DNA from: Neptunomonas concharum
GTDB lineage: Bacteria > Pseudomonadota > Gammaproteobacteria > Pseudomonadales > Balneatricaceae
Reading direction: 5' to 3'
Assembly (NCBI RefSeq): GCF_008630635.1
Contig: NZ_CP043869.1
Location: forward strand, 2,207,160 to 2,231,159
DNA length: 24,000 nt
Shown: piece by piece, positions 8,765 to 17,806 of the stretch
How positions within the stretch are numbered: the stretch's first letter is position 1
Layout of the letters: each line of letters starts with the position of its first letter
Notes under the pieces: generated by a model
Database searches by the model: none
Seen by the model: the letters and a program-made list of their open reading frames with translations, nothing else
What the model was told of the DNA's origin: nothing
Translations under genes and position numbers: made by a program

Positions 8765-9883
8765 ATGAAAACCATACAGATATTTAGCCAGAATGAGGTT
8801 TTAACCAACGCTCTGCAAGAAATACTGGCCAGCTACCGTATTGCTTCAGACAGCATGCACCCACTACAACGCCTGCTGCCAGAGTCCTCCTTAGTACTGA
8901 TTGATGCACAAGACCTAAAACATACCCACAATGTGGTTTTAGAATGCAGACACAGGCAAGTCCCCTGTTTTTTATTTTGGTCTAATGAATCACAAGATTT
9001 ACGTAATCAGGCGTTTGAATCTGGCTTTTCAGACTTTTTAATGCCGCCATTCTTTCCTTCTGTTGTGGCATCTAAAGTAAAAACACATATTAATATTGCT
9101 GAGATGGTACGCTCCTACACCAGTAAAGTAGCAGCTCCCAACCACTGTAATGACTCATTAGACCATGAGTTATTAGCCGTGCAAGATGCAGCTATTCTTT
9201 GCTTAGCAGCGGTTGCCAGAGTCCGTGATCATTCAACCGGAAACCATATTTTAAGAACCCAGCACTACGTCAAGGCGCTGGCTGAACACCTTCGCTTTCA
9301 TCCTGATTACCGAACGGAACTGGATGATGATGAAACTATTGAGCTTTTCTATAAGACCGCATCCTTACATGATATCGGCAAAGTAGGTATCCCAGATGCT
9401 ATTTTACAAAAGCCTGGAAAGCTTGATGCACAAGAGTATGAAGAGATGAAAAAGCATACCATTTATGGGTATCAAGCGATTCACTCTGCAGAGTTACTTT
9501 TGGAGAGAGAAACGAAAGGGAAAGCCTCCAAATTTTTGAAGATTGCTCAAGAAGTTACCTTGAGTCACCATGAGCGTTGGGATGGCCAGGGTTATCCGCA
9601 AGGTCTCAAAGGAGATGAAATTCCTGTCGTTGCACGCTTAATGTCGGTGGCAGATGTATATGATGCGGTTATCTCTCGTCGACCATATAAAGACGCAATT
9701 GAGCACACAAGCGCCTGCGACATTATACTGCAAGGCAGAGGCACCCTGTTTGATCCAGCTGTGGTAGATGCGTTTGAGGACTTACAAGAGACCTTTGATA
9801 AGATCTCCTATATTCTGGAAGACTACTTTCCTTCTCAGTCAGACCTCACCTTACATGGCTTGGATGACTTGATCTATAAATAG
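8765..9883 (+). CDS. HD-GYP domain c-di-GMP phosphodiesterase with an N-terminal degenerate receiver-like domain (RpfG-like architecture)
   Basis: 372 aa with the HD motif LHDIGKVGIP and the GYP motif HHERWDGQGYPQGL. The N-terminal ~115 aa have a CheY-like beta/alpha pattern but lack the acidic pair and the conserved Lys. Confidence 0.85.
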   Translation: MKTIQIFSQNEVLTNALQEILASYRIASDSMHPLQRLLPESSLVLIDAQDLKHTHNVVLECRHRQVPCFLFWSNESQDLRNQAFESGFSDFLMPPFFPSVVASKVKTHINIAEMVRSYTSKVAAPNHCNDSLDHELLAVQDAAILCLAAVARVRDHSTGNHILRTQHYVKALAEHLRFHPDYRTELDDDETIELFYKTASLHDIGKVGIPDAILQKPGKLDAQEYEEMKKHTIYGYQAIHSAELLLERETKGKASKFLKIAQEVTLSHHERWDGQGYPQGLKGDEIPVVARLMSVADVYDAVISRRPYKDAIEHTSACDIILQGRGTLFDPAVVDAFEDLQETFDKISYILEDYFPSQSDLTLHGLDDLIYK

Positions 9884-9937
9884 TTACTTAGCGAGAAAAA
9901 CCGCTCAAACGAACGGCTTTTCCCACCTACCAATGCA

Positions 9938-11530
9938 TTAGCCTGCAACACCTTGGCTTCTTAAATAATCTTCATAGGTACCACGGAAATCTACGATACC
10001 TGTTGGCGTTAACTCGATGATGCGCGTTGCCAATGAAGACACGAACTCCCGGTCATGACTGACAAAAATCAACGTACCTGGATAGTTTTCTAACGCCAGA
10101 TTTAAGGACTCAATAGACTCCATATCCAAATGGTTGGTTGGCTCATCCAGTAACATAACGTTTGGCTTTTGAAGAATCAGTTTACCAAACAACATACGTC
10201 CTTGCTCACCACCTGATATCACCTTAACCGACTTATCGATCTCTTTTTGCGAGAACAACAAACGGCCTAATGTGCCGCGAATAACCTGTTCATCATCCCC
10301 TTCTTTGCCCCAGTCCCCCATCCATGCCAAGAGGGTTTTATCTGTCTCAAAGTCTTTCGCATGATCCTGAGCATAGTAGCCAAGCTCTGCATTTTCAGAC
10401 CACTTAACCTCACCCGAGGTGGGCTCCAAATCACCAACTAGACATTTTAGCAAGGTACTTTTACCAATACCGTTAGGGCCGATGACCGCGATACGCTCTC
10501 CGACCTCAACCATCAAATTGAAGCCAGAGAAAAGCGGCTCATCAAAGGATTTGCTCAAGCCTTCCACTTCAAGGGCCAAACGATGTAGCTTTTTGTCTTG
10601 CTCAAAGCGAATAAAAGGGTTCTGACGGCTGGAAGGCTTAACCTCTTCCAGCTGAATTTTATCAATCTGTTTTGCACGGGAGGTGGCTTGTCTGGATTTT
10701 GAAGCATTAGCCGAGAAGCGGCTAACAAATGCTTTTAGATCTGAAATCTGGGCTTTCTTTTTAGCGTTTTCAGAAAGCAGACGCTCACGAGCCTGAGTCG
10801 ATGCGGTCATATACTCATCATAAGAACCGGGATAAACCCTAAGCTCACCATAATCCAGATCGGCCATGTGGGTGCACACACTATTTAGAAAGTGGCGATC
10901 ATGGGAAATAATGATCATGGTGCAGTTACGCTCGTTTAAAACACCTTCCAGCCAACGAATCGTATTGATATCCAAGTTGTTGGTAGGCTCATCCAATAGC
11001 ATGATATCTGGATCAGCAAACAGAACCTGCGCCAACAGGACACGAAGCTTCCAGCCCGGTGCGATTTCACTCATTGGGCCATAATGCTGCTCTAGTGGAA
11101 TACCAACCCCTAGCAACAATTCACCTGCGCGGGATTCGGCGGTATAGCCATCCATCTCGGCAAACTCACCTTCAAGCTCACCGGCGCGAATACCATCCTC
11201 TTCACTCATATCCGGGTTTGCATAGATGGCATCGCGTTCCTCTTTAACTTTCCACAGCTCTTCATAGCCCATGATAACCGTATCAATCACGCGATACTCT
11301 TCATAAGCGAATTGATCCTGCTTTAGTTTACCGATGCGCTCGTTCGGATCTTTTGAGACATTGCCACTGCTTGGCTCTAGGTCGCCACCTAGAATCTTCA
11401 TAAAGGTGGATTTACCACATCCATTAGCGCCAATTAGGCCGTAGCGGTTCCCGTCACCAAATTTAACGGATACATTTTCAAAGAGCGGCTTAGCGCCGAA
11501 CTGCATGGTGATATTCGCGGTTGTAAGCAA
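9938..11530 (-). CDS. ybiT: ABC-F family ATPase (YbiT-type, two ABC domains, no permease)
   Basis: 530 aa. The N-terminus [53 protein letters not shown] is close to my recollection of E. coli YbiT. Two Walker A, signature and Walker B sets are present. The start codon is TTG. Confidence 0.9.
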   Translation of the reverse strand: MLTTANITMQFGAKPLFENVSVKFGDGNRYGLIGANGCGKSTFMKILGGDLEPSSGNVSKDPNERIGKLKQDQFAYEEYRVIDTVIMGYEELWKVKEERDAIYANPDMSEEDGIRAGELEGEFAEMDGYTAESRAGELLLGVGIPLEQHYGPMSEIAPGWKLRVLLAQVLFADPDIMLLDEPTNNLDINTIRWLEGVLNERNCTMIIISHDRHFLNSVCTHMADLDYGELRVYPGSYDEYMTASTQARERLLSENAKKKAQISDLKAFVSRFSANASKSRQATSRAKQIDKIQLEEVKPSSRQNPFIRFEQDKKLHRLALEVEGLSKSFDEPLFSGFNLMVEVGERIAVIGPNGIGKSTLLKCLVGDLEPTSGEVKWSENAELGYYAQDHAKDFETDKTLLAWMGDWGKEGDDEQVIRGTLGRLLFSQKEIDKSVKVISGGEQGRMLFGKLILQKPNVMLLDEPTNHLDMESIESLNLALENYPGTLIFVSHDREFVSSLATRIIELTPTGIVDFRGTYEDYLRSQGVAG

Positions 11531-11688
11531 TGTTCTATCCCAGTTTTTCTATGATTATCCAAACCAACTCAGCGGCTTGGATGCCAACAATAAAGCCGCC
11601 CATTATGCCATAAAACAAATTGATTCTGGCGAATGTTTTGTTCACAGAGCTAATTGTATATATTGATCTCCCAAGCAGGAGGAGACCG

Positions 11689-12366
11689 ATGAGAATACTC
11701 ATCATAGAAGACGAACAAAGTATTGCAGACACACTTGTATACGCCCTCAAACAAGAGGGTTTTAGCGTTGATCATCAACTATTAGGGCTGTTAGGGGCTG
11801 AAGCCCATAAACAGAACCCCTACGACCTACTAATTTTAGATGTCGGTCTTCCTGATTTAAGCGGATTTGAGCTGTGTAAAAAAATACGTACCTTTAGCGA
11901 TGCCCCCATCATCTTTTTAACGGCACGGGATCAAGAGATTGATCGCGTGGTTGGGCTAGAAATTGGCGCGGATGACTATGTAACGAAGCCCTTTAGCCCC
12001 AGAGAGCTGGTCGCCCGCGTAAAAGTCATTCTGCGACGAATCAAACCCTTAACTGCCACCTCTGAGCTATTCGAGCACCTGCCATCGCAGCACCTAATTC
12101 GTTATAGCGGCCACAGACTGGAGTTGACCCGATATGAGTATGGTTTGTTAGCAACACTTCTGACCCGCCCCGAACAAGTTTTCTCAAGAGATCAGTTAAT
12201 GCAACACGTCTGGCCTGACAACAGCGGTAGTTTTGATCGTGTGATTGATACTCACATAAAAGGGCTAAGGGCCAAACTTCGCAAGATAACCCCCGAACGC
12301 GACCCTATACAGACACATCGCGGGCTAGGCTATAGCATCAGCTTAGGTAACACAGATGCAAACTAA
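11689..12366 (+). CDS. creB: OmpR-family response regulator CreB
   Basis: MRILIIEDEQSIADTL... gives a receiver plus winged-helix protein of 225 aa from ATG 11689, which is preceded by AGGAGG. The ORF-track start at 11620 looks over-extended. The gene is followed by creC and creD. Confidence 0.85.
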   Translation: MRILIIEDEQSIADTLVYALKQEGFSVDHQLLGLLGAEAHKQNPYDLLILDVGLPDLSGFELCKKIRTFSDAPIIFLTARDQEIDRVVGLEIGADDYVTKPFSPRELVARVKVILRRIKPLTATSELFEHLPSQHLIRYSGHRLELTRYEYGLLATLLTRPEQVFSRDQLMQHVWPDNSGSFDRVIDTHIKGLRAKLRKITPERDPIQTHRGLGYSISLGNTDAN

Positions 12367-13810
12367 GGCTTTTCGCCTCCCTAAAACACGATTCAGCCTT
12401 AGGCTATTTTTCTTTTTCTTTCTTCTGATTGGGGCAGGTTTATACCTGCTGATGAATGCGCTACTGGGCGAATTAAAACCTGGATTTCGCCAAGCGACTG
12501 AAGACACCTTAGTAGATAGCGCAAACCTGCTCGCCGAACTTGCAGCCCCAGAGCTGCTAGACAACAGGCTCGCTAACGGCCTGTTCAAACAGGCACTAAA
12601 TCGCTATCAAGAGCGAGAACTCAATGCCACTATTTGGTCGATCACAAAAACAACGACACAATTGCGGCTCTATATAACCGACGCACAGGGCATCGTGAAA
12701 TTTCATACCGACCCTTCTCAAATCGGTGAAGATTACTCAACCTGGAACGATGTCTACAAAACCCTTCGAGGAGAATATGGCGCTCGCAGCACCATCCTCA
12801 ATCCCAAAGACCTCACTTCAACTGAAATGTACGTTGCAGCCCCTATCCTATCGGAAGGTGACATCATTGGTGCTTTAACACTCATTAAACCCAATTTATC
12901 ACTCCAGCCTTTTCTGGATAGTTCACAAAACCGCATGAAGCAGTTTGGTATCTGGCTTATTTTGATCACGCTCGCATTAGGCCTGACCCTCAGCTATTGG
13001 CTAAGCCGCTCAATTCGCAAACTCAGCCGCTATGCCCAAGAGGTTAGCCAAGGCAGCAGTAACGCTAAACTGCCTGAACTCAATGATCTAGAACTACACC
13101 AACTGGCCCAAGCGATGGCGAAGATGAAATCCCAGCTAGAAGGTAAAGACTACGTCGAAAACTATATCCATAGCCTCACTCACGAAATGAAAAGCCCGGT
13201 TGCCGCCATTAAAAGCGCAGCTGAACTACTCGAAACCGGGCTACCCGCCACCGATCAGCAACATTTTATCAAGCTGGTACATCAAGAAAGCCTGCGGATG
13301 GAGCGCCTCATCTCTGAACTCTTAAGTTTAGCCGCATTGGAAAACCAGCAATCCCTCAATAACATCGAGAAGGTCAACCTGAAAACGATAGTAGAGTCGC
13401 TCAAGAATGCGCTTCAGATGCGCTTAGACGATAAGTCACTGGCACTCACAATCCAGGGTGAGGTCAGCATCAATGGTGATCATTTTTTATTAAAGCAAGC
13501 GATAGAAAACCTTATCCAAAACGCAATCGACTTTAGCCCCGCACATGCAGAAATCAGCGTCGCTATGCGCACAAGCACGGCGGGCGTATCCATCAGCGTA
13601 ACCGACCAAGGATCAGGCATTCCCGAGTATGCAATAAACAAAGTATTTGATCGGTTTTACTCTCTGCCTCGCTTAGACACGGGTAAAAAAAGCTCAGGAC
13701 TAGGCCTCAGCTTTGTACAGCAAATTTGCCATCTACACCAAGCCTCTTGCGTGTTAAACCCTTTGCCACAAGGCACCGAAGCAATCATCCACTTTCCCGC
13801 CAAAAAATAA
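12356..13810 (+). CDS. creC: Sensor histidine kinase CreC
   Basis: 484 aa with two TM segments. The periplasmic region starts ELKPGFRQATEDTLVDSANLLAELAAPELL, which is CreC-like. The H-box is SLTHEMKSP, and the N and G boxes are DQGSGIP and GLGLSF. It overlaps creB by 11 nt. Confidence 0.85.
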   Translation: MQTKAFRLPKTRFSLRLFFFFFLLIGAGLYLLMNALLGELKPGFRQATEDTLVDSANLLAELAAPELLDNRLANGLFKQALNRYQERELNATIWSITKTTTQLRLYITDAQGIVKFHTDPSQIGEDYSTWNDVYKTLRGEYGARSTILNPKDLTSTEMYVAAPILSEGDIIGALTLIKPNLSLQPFLDSSQNRMKQFGIWLILITLALGLTLSYWLSRSIRKLSRYAQEVSQGSSNAKLPELNDLELHQLAQAMAKMKSQLEGKDYVENYIHSLTHEMKSPVAAIKSAAELLETGLPATDQQHFIKLVHQESLRMERLISELLSLAALENQQSLNNIEKVNLKTIVESLKNALQMRLDDKSLALTIQGEVSINGDHFLLKQAIENLIQNAIDFSPAHAEISVAMRTSTAGVSISVTDQGSGIPEYAINKVFDRFYSLPRLDTGKKSSGLGLSFVQQICHLHQASCVLNPLPQGTEAIIHFPAKK

Positions 13811-13824
13811 CATTGCATAGATAA

Positions 13825-13869
13825 ATCACACAAAAACCACATACTTGTCACACACCCGATTTCTATGAT
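13825..13869 (+). promoter_or_regulatory. Candidate CreB-dependent creD promoter: three nTCAC/nCCAC repeats at 11-bp phasing plus a TATGAT -10
   Basis: ATCAC (13825), ACCAC (13836) and GTCAC (13847) are spaced exactly 11 bp apart, resembling the E. coli cre-tag TTCAC-N6-TTCAC. TATGAT lies at 13864..13869, and GGGAG lies 8 nt before the creD ATG. Confidence 0.4.
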
Positions 13870-13902
13870 TGCGCCATACCTTTTAAATCGGGAGCGTGAA
13901 GC

Positions 13903-15252
13903 ATGTTTTCTCTTTTGAGTAAAAAAATTCTCTTTCTTATACTCAGCTGTGTCGTCGCTATTATTGCGCTGACATTGATTGAGAACCTCATTTATGACCG
14001 CATGAGCTATCAGGATGAAGCTCGGAAAAGCGTAGCCAACAGCTGGAGTGGCGAACAACAACTGCTTGGCCCCCTGTTAGTGATCCCCTATAAATATACA
14101 GAAACCAAAAAAAGAACGGATGAAAAGTCGGGTAATGTACTTGAAGAGTTGGTCACCCGATCCAGCAAACTTTATCTCGTACCAGAACAGTTAAACGTTC
14201 AAAGTGAGCTAACAACCCAATCCCGCTACCGCGGTATTTTTTCCTTTCCGGTCTATTCAACCCAATTCGACATTGATGGCTCCTTTAACACTACACCGAT
14301 CAAGCAGCTTCGCCAGCGTAGCGATGTCATCTGGACAGGCTCGCCCTATCTTGCCGTGTCTGTTAGCGACATGAGAGGCATCATCAGCCAACCTGAAATA
14401 CAATGGAATAACGAGCCACTGAGCTTCTTGTCTGGTAGCCGTTTAAGCTTTAACAACCAAGGCGTTCACGCACTGATAAAAGAAAATAGCGGCTCATCCG
14501 CACACTTTACAGTTAAGATCGGCTTGCGGGGCATGGATAATCTCTGGTTCTCACCAACAGGAAAGAACACCCAAATCGCCATTGCAGCGAACTGGCCTCA
14601 CCCTAACTTTATCGGAAAGTTTCTACCGGATGAACGACATATAGAGCAGAGTGGGTTTTCCGCAATCTGGCATGTTTCTGAATTCAGCAGCAACCTACTG
14701 CAAGACGTGAACAGCTGCCAACAAGGGGATTGTAACCCGCTAATCAACAACCGTTTTGGTTTCGCACTTAATGAACCTGTTAATATTTACCGCCAATCTA
14801 TCCGGGCAGCTAAATACGGCCTACTTTTTGTAGGGCTCACTTTTATGAGTGTTTTTATTTTTGAAACCCTCAAACGGCTACAAATTCATCCGGTGCAATA
14901 CACCCTTGTCGGATTATCCATCAGCCTTTTTTATCTACTATTGATAGCACTCTCTGAACATATCGGTTTTGTCTACGCTTACCTATCTGCTACGAGCGCG
15001 TGCTGCTTATTACTCTCCGTCTATATCAGTGCCATGATAAGAAACCGTGTATGGGGGATTGGCTTTGGCGCAATGATTACGCTGTTGTACGGTATGCTCT
15101 ACATCATCATCAGTTCAGAAGATCACGCACTCTTGCTTGGGTCGATACTGGTATTCCTTGCCCTAGCTGGCGTCATGCTGCTCACGAAAAACTTCGACTG
15201 GCATCAAGTCAGTCAGGATGCAAAAAAACCTGTAGATTTTTTACAAAAATAG
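13903..15252 (+). CDS. creD: Inner-membrane cell-envelope integrity protein CreD
   Basis: 449 aa. It has an N-terminal TM, a large periplasmic domain and a C-terminal cluster of TM helices. Its position after creBC and its size are typical of CreD. Confidence 0.85.
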   Translation: MFSLLSKKILFLILSCVVAIIALTLIENLIYDRMSYQDEARKSVANSWSGEQQLLGPLLVIPYKYTETKKRTDEKSGNVLEELVTRSSKLYLVPEQLNVQSELTTQSRYRGIFSFPVYSTQFDIDGSFNTTPIKQLRQRSDVIWTGSPYLAVSVSDMRGIISQPEIQWNNEPLSFLSGSRLSFNNQGVHALIKENSGSSAHFTVKIGLRGMDNLWFSPTGKNTQIAIAANWPHPNFIGKFLPDERHIEQSGFSAIWHVSEFSSNLLQDVNSCQQGDCNPLINNRFGFALNEPVNIYRQSIRAAKYGLLFVGLTFMSVFIFETLKRLQIHPVQYTLVGLSISLFYLLLIALSEHIGFVYAYLSATSACCLLLSVYISAMIRNRVWGIGFGAMITLLYGMLYIIISSEDHALLLGSILVFLALAGVMLLTKNFDWHQVSQDAKKPVDFLQK

Positions 15253-15308
15253 GGTCGTATTATCCTTAAGTGCATAGGCCAGACGTATAACCAAGCTTAC
15301 TCTTCCGG

Positions 15309-15314
15309 TATAAT
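15309..15314 (+). promoter_or_regulatory. Candidate icd -10 hexamer (perfect TATAAT)
   Basis: GGTATAATC lies 110 nt upstream of the icd ATG. The -35 is weak. Confidence 0.3.
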
Positions 15315-15423
15315 CTTGACCGCAAAACATACTGAAATGGCTTGATATCGTGGAGATCAGTGGCCACAAGTTACTGAAAATCAAGCCTTTGGCGACTAAG
15401 CTAAGAATATTCGGGGATGAAAA

Positions 15424-17655
15424 ATGACTACAAATAAACATACAATTTATTACACCCTAACAGATGAAGCACCGTCTCTGGCGACCTGCTCGCTGTTACC
15501 TATTGTCCGTGCTTTTACATCGGCAGCAGGTATTGACGTTAAAATCACTGATATCTCATTGGCCGGGCGCGTATTAGCCGCTTTCCCCGAGAACCTGACA
15601 GACGAGCAGAAGGTTGAAGACGGCTTGGCTTTCTTGGGTGACCTCACGCAAGATCCTGATGCAAACATCGTTAAACTACCTAACATCAGTGCATCTATTC
15701 CACAGCTGAAAGGCTGTATCTCTGAGCTGCAATCTCAGGGCTATAACATCCCGAACTTCCCAGAAGCGCCATCAACGGACGAAGATAAAGAGATCCGTGC
15801 GCGCTACTCTAAAATCCTTGGCAGTGCCGTAAACCCTGTTCTGCGTGAAGGTAACTCAGACCGTCGTGCGCCGGCTGCAGTAAAAGCCTTCGCTCGTAAG
15901 TTCCCTCACTCTATGGGCGCATGGAGCAAGGCATCTCGTACTCACGCAGACTATATGCGTAACGGTGATTTCTTCTCCAGTGAACAGTCTATTACCATGC
16001 CTGAAGCTGGCGACGTGCGTATCGAATTCGTCTCTAAAGATGGTCAAGTAGAAGTTAAAAAAGAACTTTCACTGGAAAAAGGTGAAATTCTGGACAGCAT
16101 GCGCATGAGCTGCAAAGCGTTGCGCGACTTCTTCGAAGAGTCTTTACAAGACGCTAAAGAAACAGGCGTTATGTGGTCGCTTCACGTTAAAGCAACCATG
16201 ATGAAGGTGTCTCACCCTATCGTATTTGGTCACGCGGTAACCGTATTCTACAAAGAGCTGTTCGATAAGTACGGCGACCTGTTCAAAGAGTTAGGCGTTA
16301 ACCCGAACAATGGTATCGGTAGCGTATATGACAAAATTGCAGATCTGCCTCGCTCTAAGCGCGAAGAGATCGAAGAAGCGATTCACGCATGCCATGAGCA
16401 CCGTCCAGAACTAGCGATGGTTGACTCGGTTAAAGGTATCACGAACCTGCACGTACCTTCAGACGTTATCGTCGATGCATCTATGCCAGCGATGATTCGT
16501 AACTCTGGTAAAATGTGGGGCCCTGATGGACGTCCAAAAGATACTAAAGCCGTTATGCCAGAGAGCACTTACGCGCGTATCTACCAAGACATGATCAACT
16601 TCTGTAAAACAAACGGCGCATTCGACCCTACAACCATGGGCTCTGTTCCTAACGTAGGCCTGATGGCTAAAAAAGCAGAAGAATACGGCTCGCATGATAA
16701 AACCTTCGAAACAGAAGAAGGCACAATGCGCGTGGTAGCTGCCGACGGTACAGTACTGATGCAGCATGAAGTAGAAGCTGGCGACATCTGGCGTGCTTGC
16801 CAAACGAAAGATGAGCCTGTACGCGACTGGGTTAAACTGGCTGTAAACCGCGCTCGCCAATCAAACACTCCTGCTGTTTTCTGGTTAGACCAAGAACGTG
16901 CTCACGATCTGGAACTGACTAAGAAAGTTAAAGAGTACCTGAAAGAACACGACACCGAAGGCCTAGACATCACTATTAAGTCGTACAGCCAAGCTATCCG
17001 TTTCTCGATGGATCGCATGATTCGTGGCAAAGACACTATCTCTGTTACCGGTAACGTACTACGTGACTATCTGACTGACCTGTTCCCAATCATGGAACTA
17101 GGTACTTCAGCGAAAATGCTGTCGATCGTCCCCATGCTGAAAGGCGGTGGAATGTACGAAACAGGCGCAGGCGGATCTGCACCGAAACACGTACAACAGG
17201 TAGAAGAAGAAAACCATCTACGTTGGGACTCACTGGGCGAATTCCTTGCATTGGCCGTATCTTTAGAAGATATGGGTATCAAGCAAGGCAACAAGCGCGC
17301 TGCAATTTTGGCTAAAACGCTAGATGCAGCAACCGGCAAACTGTTGGAAAACAACAAGTCACCTTCACGTAAAACAGGTGAGCTGGACAACCGCGGAAGC
17401 CACTTCTACCTAGGTATGTACTGGGCGCAAGAAACCGCAGCACAGACCGAAGATCCAGAACTGGCCGCACATTTCGCAGGCCTTGCAAAAACACTGACCG
17501 AGAACGAAGAAAAGATCATTGGCGAGTTGGCTGCCTGCCAAGGCAAACCTGCAGACCTAGATGGTTACTACCACGCTAAGCGTGAAACAGTAAAACGCGT
17601 CATGCGCCCAAGCGCAACGCTAAACGCTGCCTTAGCTGCCGTTAACCCATCATAA
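15424..17655 (+). CDS. icd: Monomeric NADP-dependent isocitrate dehydrogenase (about 80 kDa type)
   Basis: 743 aa. The N-terminus [21 protein letters not shown] and the length are characteristic of monomeric IDH. GGGGA lies 6 nt before the ATG. Confidence 0.95.
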   Translation: MTTNKHTIYYTLTDEAPSLATCSLLPIVRAFTSAAGIDVKITDISLAGRVLAAFPENLTDEQKVEDGLAFLGDLTQDPDANIVKLPNISASIPQLKGCISELQSQGYNIPNFPEAPSTDEDKEIRARYSKILGSAVNPVLREGNSDRRAPAAVKAFARKFPHSMGAWSKASRTHADYMRNGDFFSSEQSITMPEAGDVRIEFVSKDGQVEVKKELSLEKGEILDSMRMSCKALRDFFEESLQDAKETGVMWSLHVKATMMKVSHPIVFGHAVTVFYKELFDKYGDLFKELGVNPNNGIGSVYDKIADLPRSKREEIEEAIHACHEHRPELAMVDSVKGITNLHVPSDVIVDASMPAMIRNSGKMWGPDGRPKDTKAVMPESTYARIYQDMINFCKTNGAFDPTTMGSVPNVGLMAKKAEEYGSHDKTFETEEGTMRVVAADGTVLMQHEVEAGDIWRACQTKDEPVRDWVKLAVNRARQSNTPAVFWLDQERAHDLELTKKVKEYLKEHDTEGLDITIKSYSQAIRFSMDRMIRGKDTISVTGNVLRDYLTDLFPIMELGTSAKMLSIVPMLKGGGMYETGAGGSAPKHVQQVEEENHLRWDSLGEFLALAVSLEDMGIKQGNKRAAILAKTLDAATGKLLENNKSPSRKTGELDNRGSHFYLGMYWAQETAAQTEDPELAAHFAGLAKTLTENEEKIIGELAACQGKPADLDGYYHAKRETVKRVMRPSATLNAALAAVNPS

Positions 17656-17703
17656 GATCGACCAACATAGCGAAGTAATTCGCTAATGTTAAAAGTTAAA
17701 AAA

Positions 17704-17725
17704 CCCTGCTTTGGCAGGGTTTTTT
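17704..17725. terminator. Bidirectional rho-independent terminator shared by icd (+) and the 1504-aa gene (-)
   Basis: CCCTGC-TTTG-GCAGGG stem-loop flanked by an A-run upstream (AAAAAA) and a T-run downstream (TTTTTT), so it reads as a terminator on both strands. Confidence 0.8.
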
Positions 17726-17773
17726 CGTTTAGATGGTCGGGAAGTAGTTATCGCAGTGACCTCTCTGTCATAA

Positions 17774-17793
17774 TGAGTCAACTAAAACTCTTT
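17774..17793. repeat. Left copy of an imperfect 20-bp direct repeat flanking the 1504-aa gene
   Basis: TGAGTCAACTAAAACTCTTT matches TGAGTTAACAAAAAATCTTT at 22424..22443 at 17 of 20 positions. It lies 13 nt beyond the ORF stop. Confidence 0.4.
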
Positions 17794-17806
17794 ATTCTCT
17801 TTTTCC

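Noticed and set aside
9884-9937. A possible bidirectional terminator between the HD-GYP gene and ybiT (GAAAAACCG...CGGCTTTTC)
   Set aside because: Only a 3-bp GC core plus A:T pairs with a bulge is present. The structure is too weak to call.
11535-11750. A 71-aa minus-strand ORF and the 11620 plus-strand start in the ybiT-creB intergenic region
   Set aside because: The response-regulator sequence begins at MRILIIEDE (ATG 11689), which has a strong AGGAGG. The upstream extension and the antisense ORF have no family resemblance and overlap the creB start.
17731-17745. AGATGGTCGGGAAG resembling the tRNA-Ala 3' end region (ATATGGTGGAGCC...CGGGA), a possible att repeat at the distal island border
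   Set aside because: Only about 7 of 11 aligned bases match, and the alignment needs a large gap. That is not better than chance, and the 20-bp repeat at 17774 and 22424 is a stronger boundary candidate.
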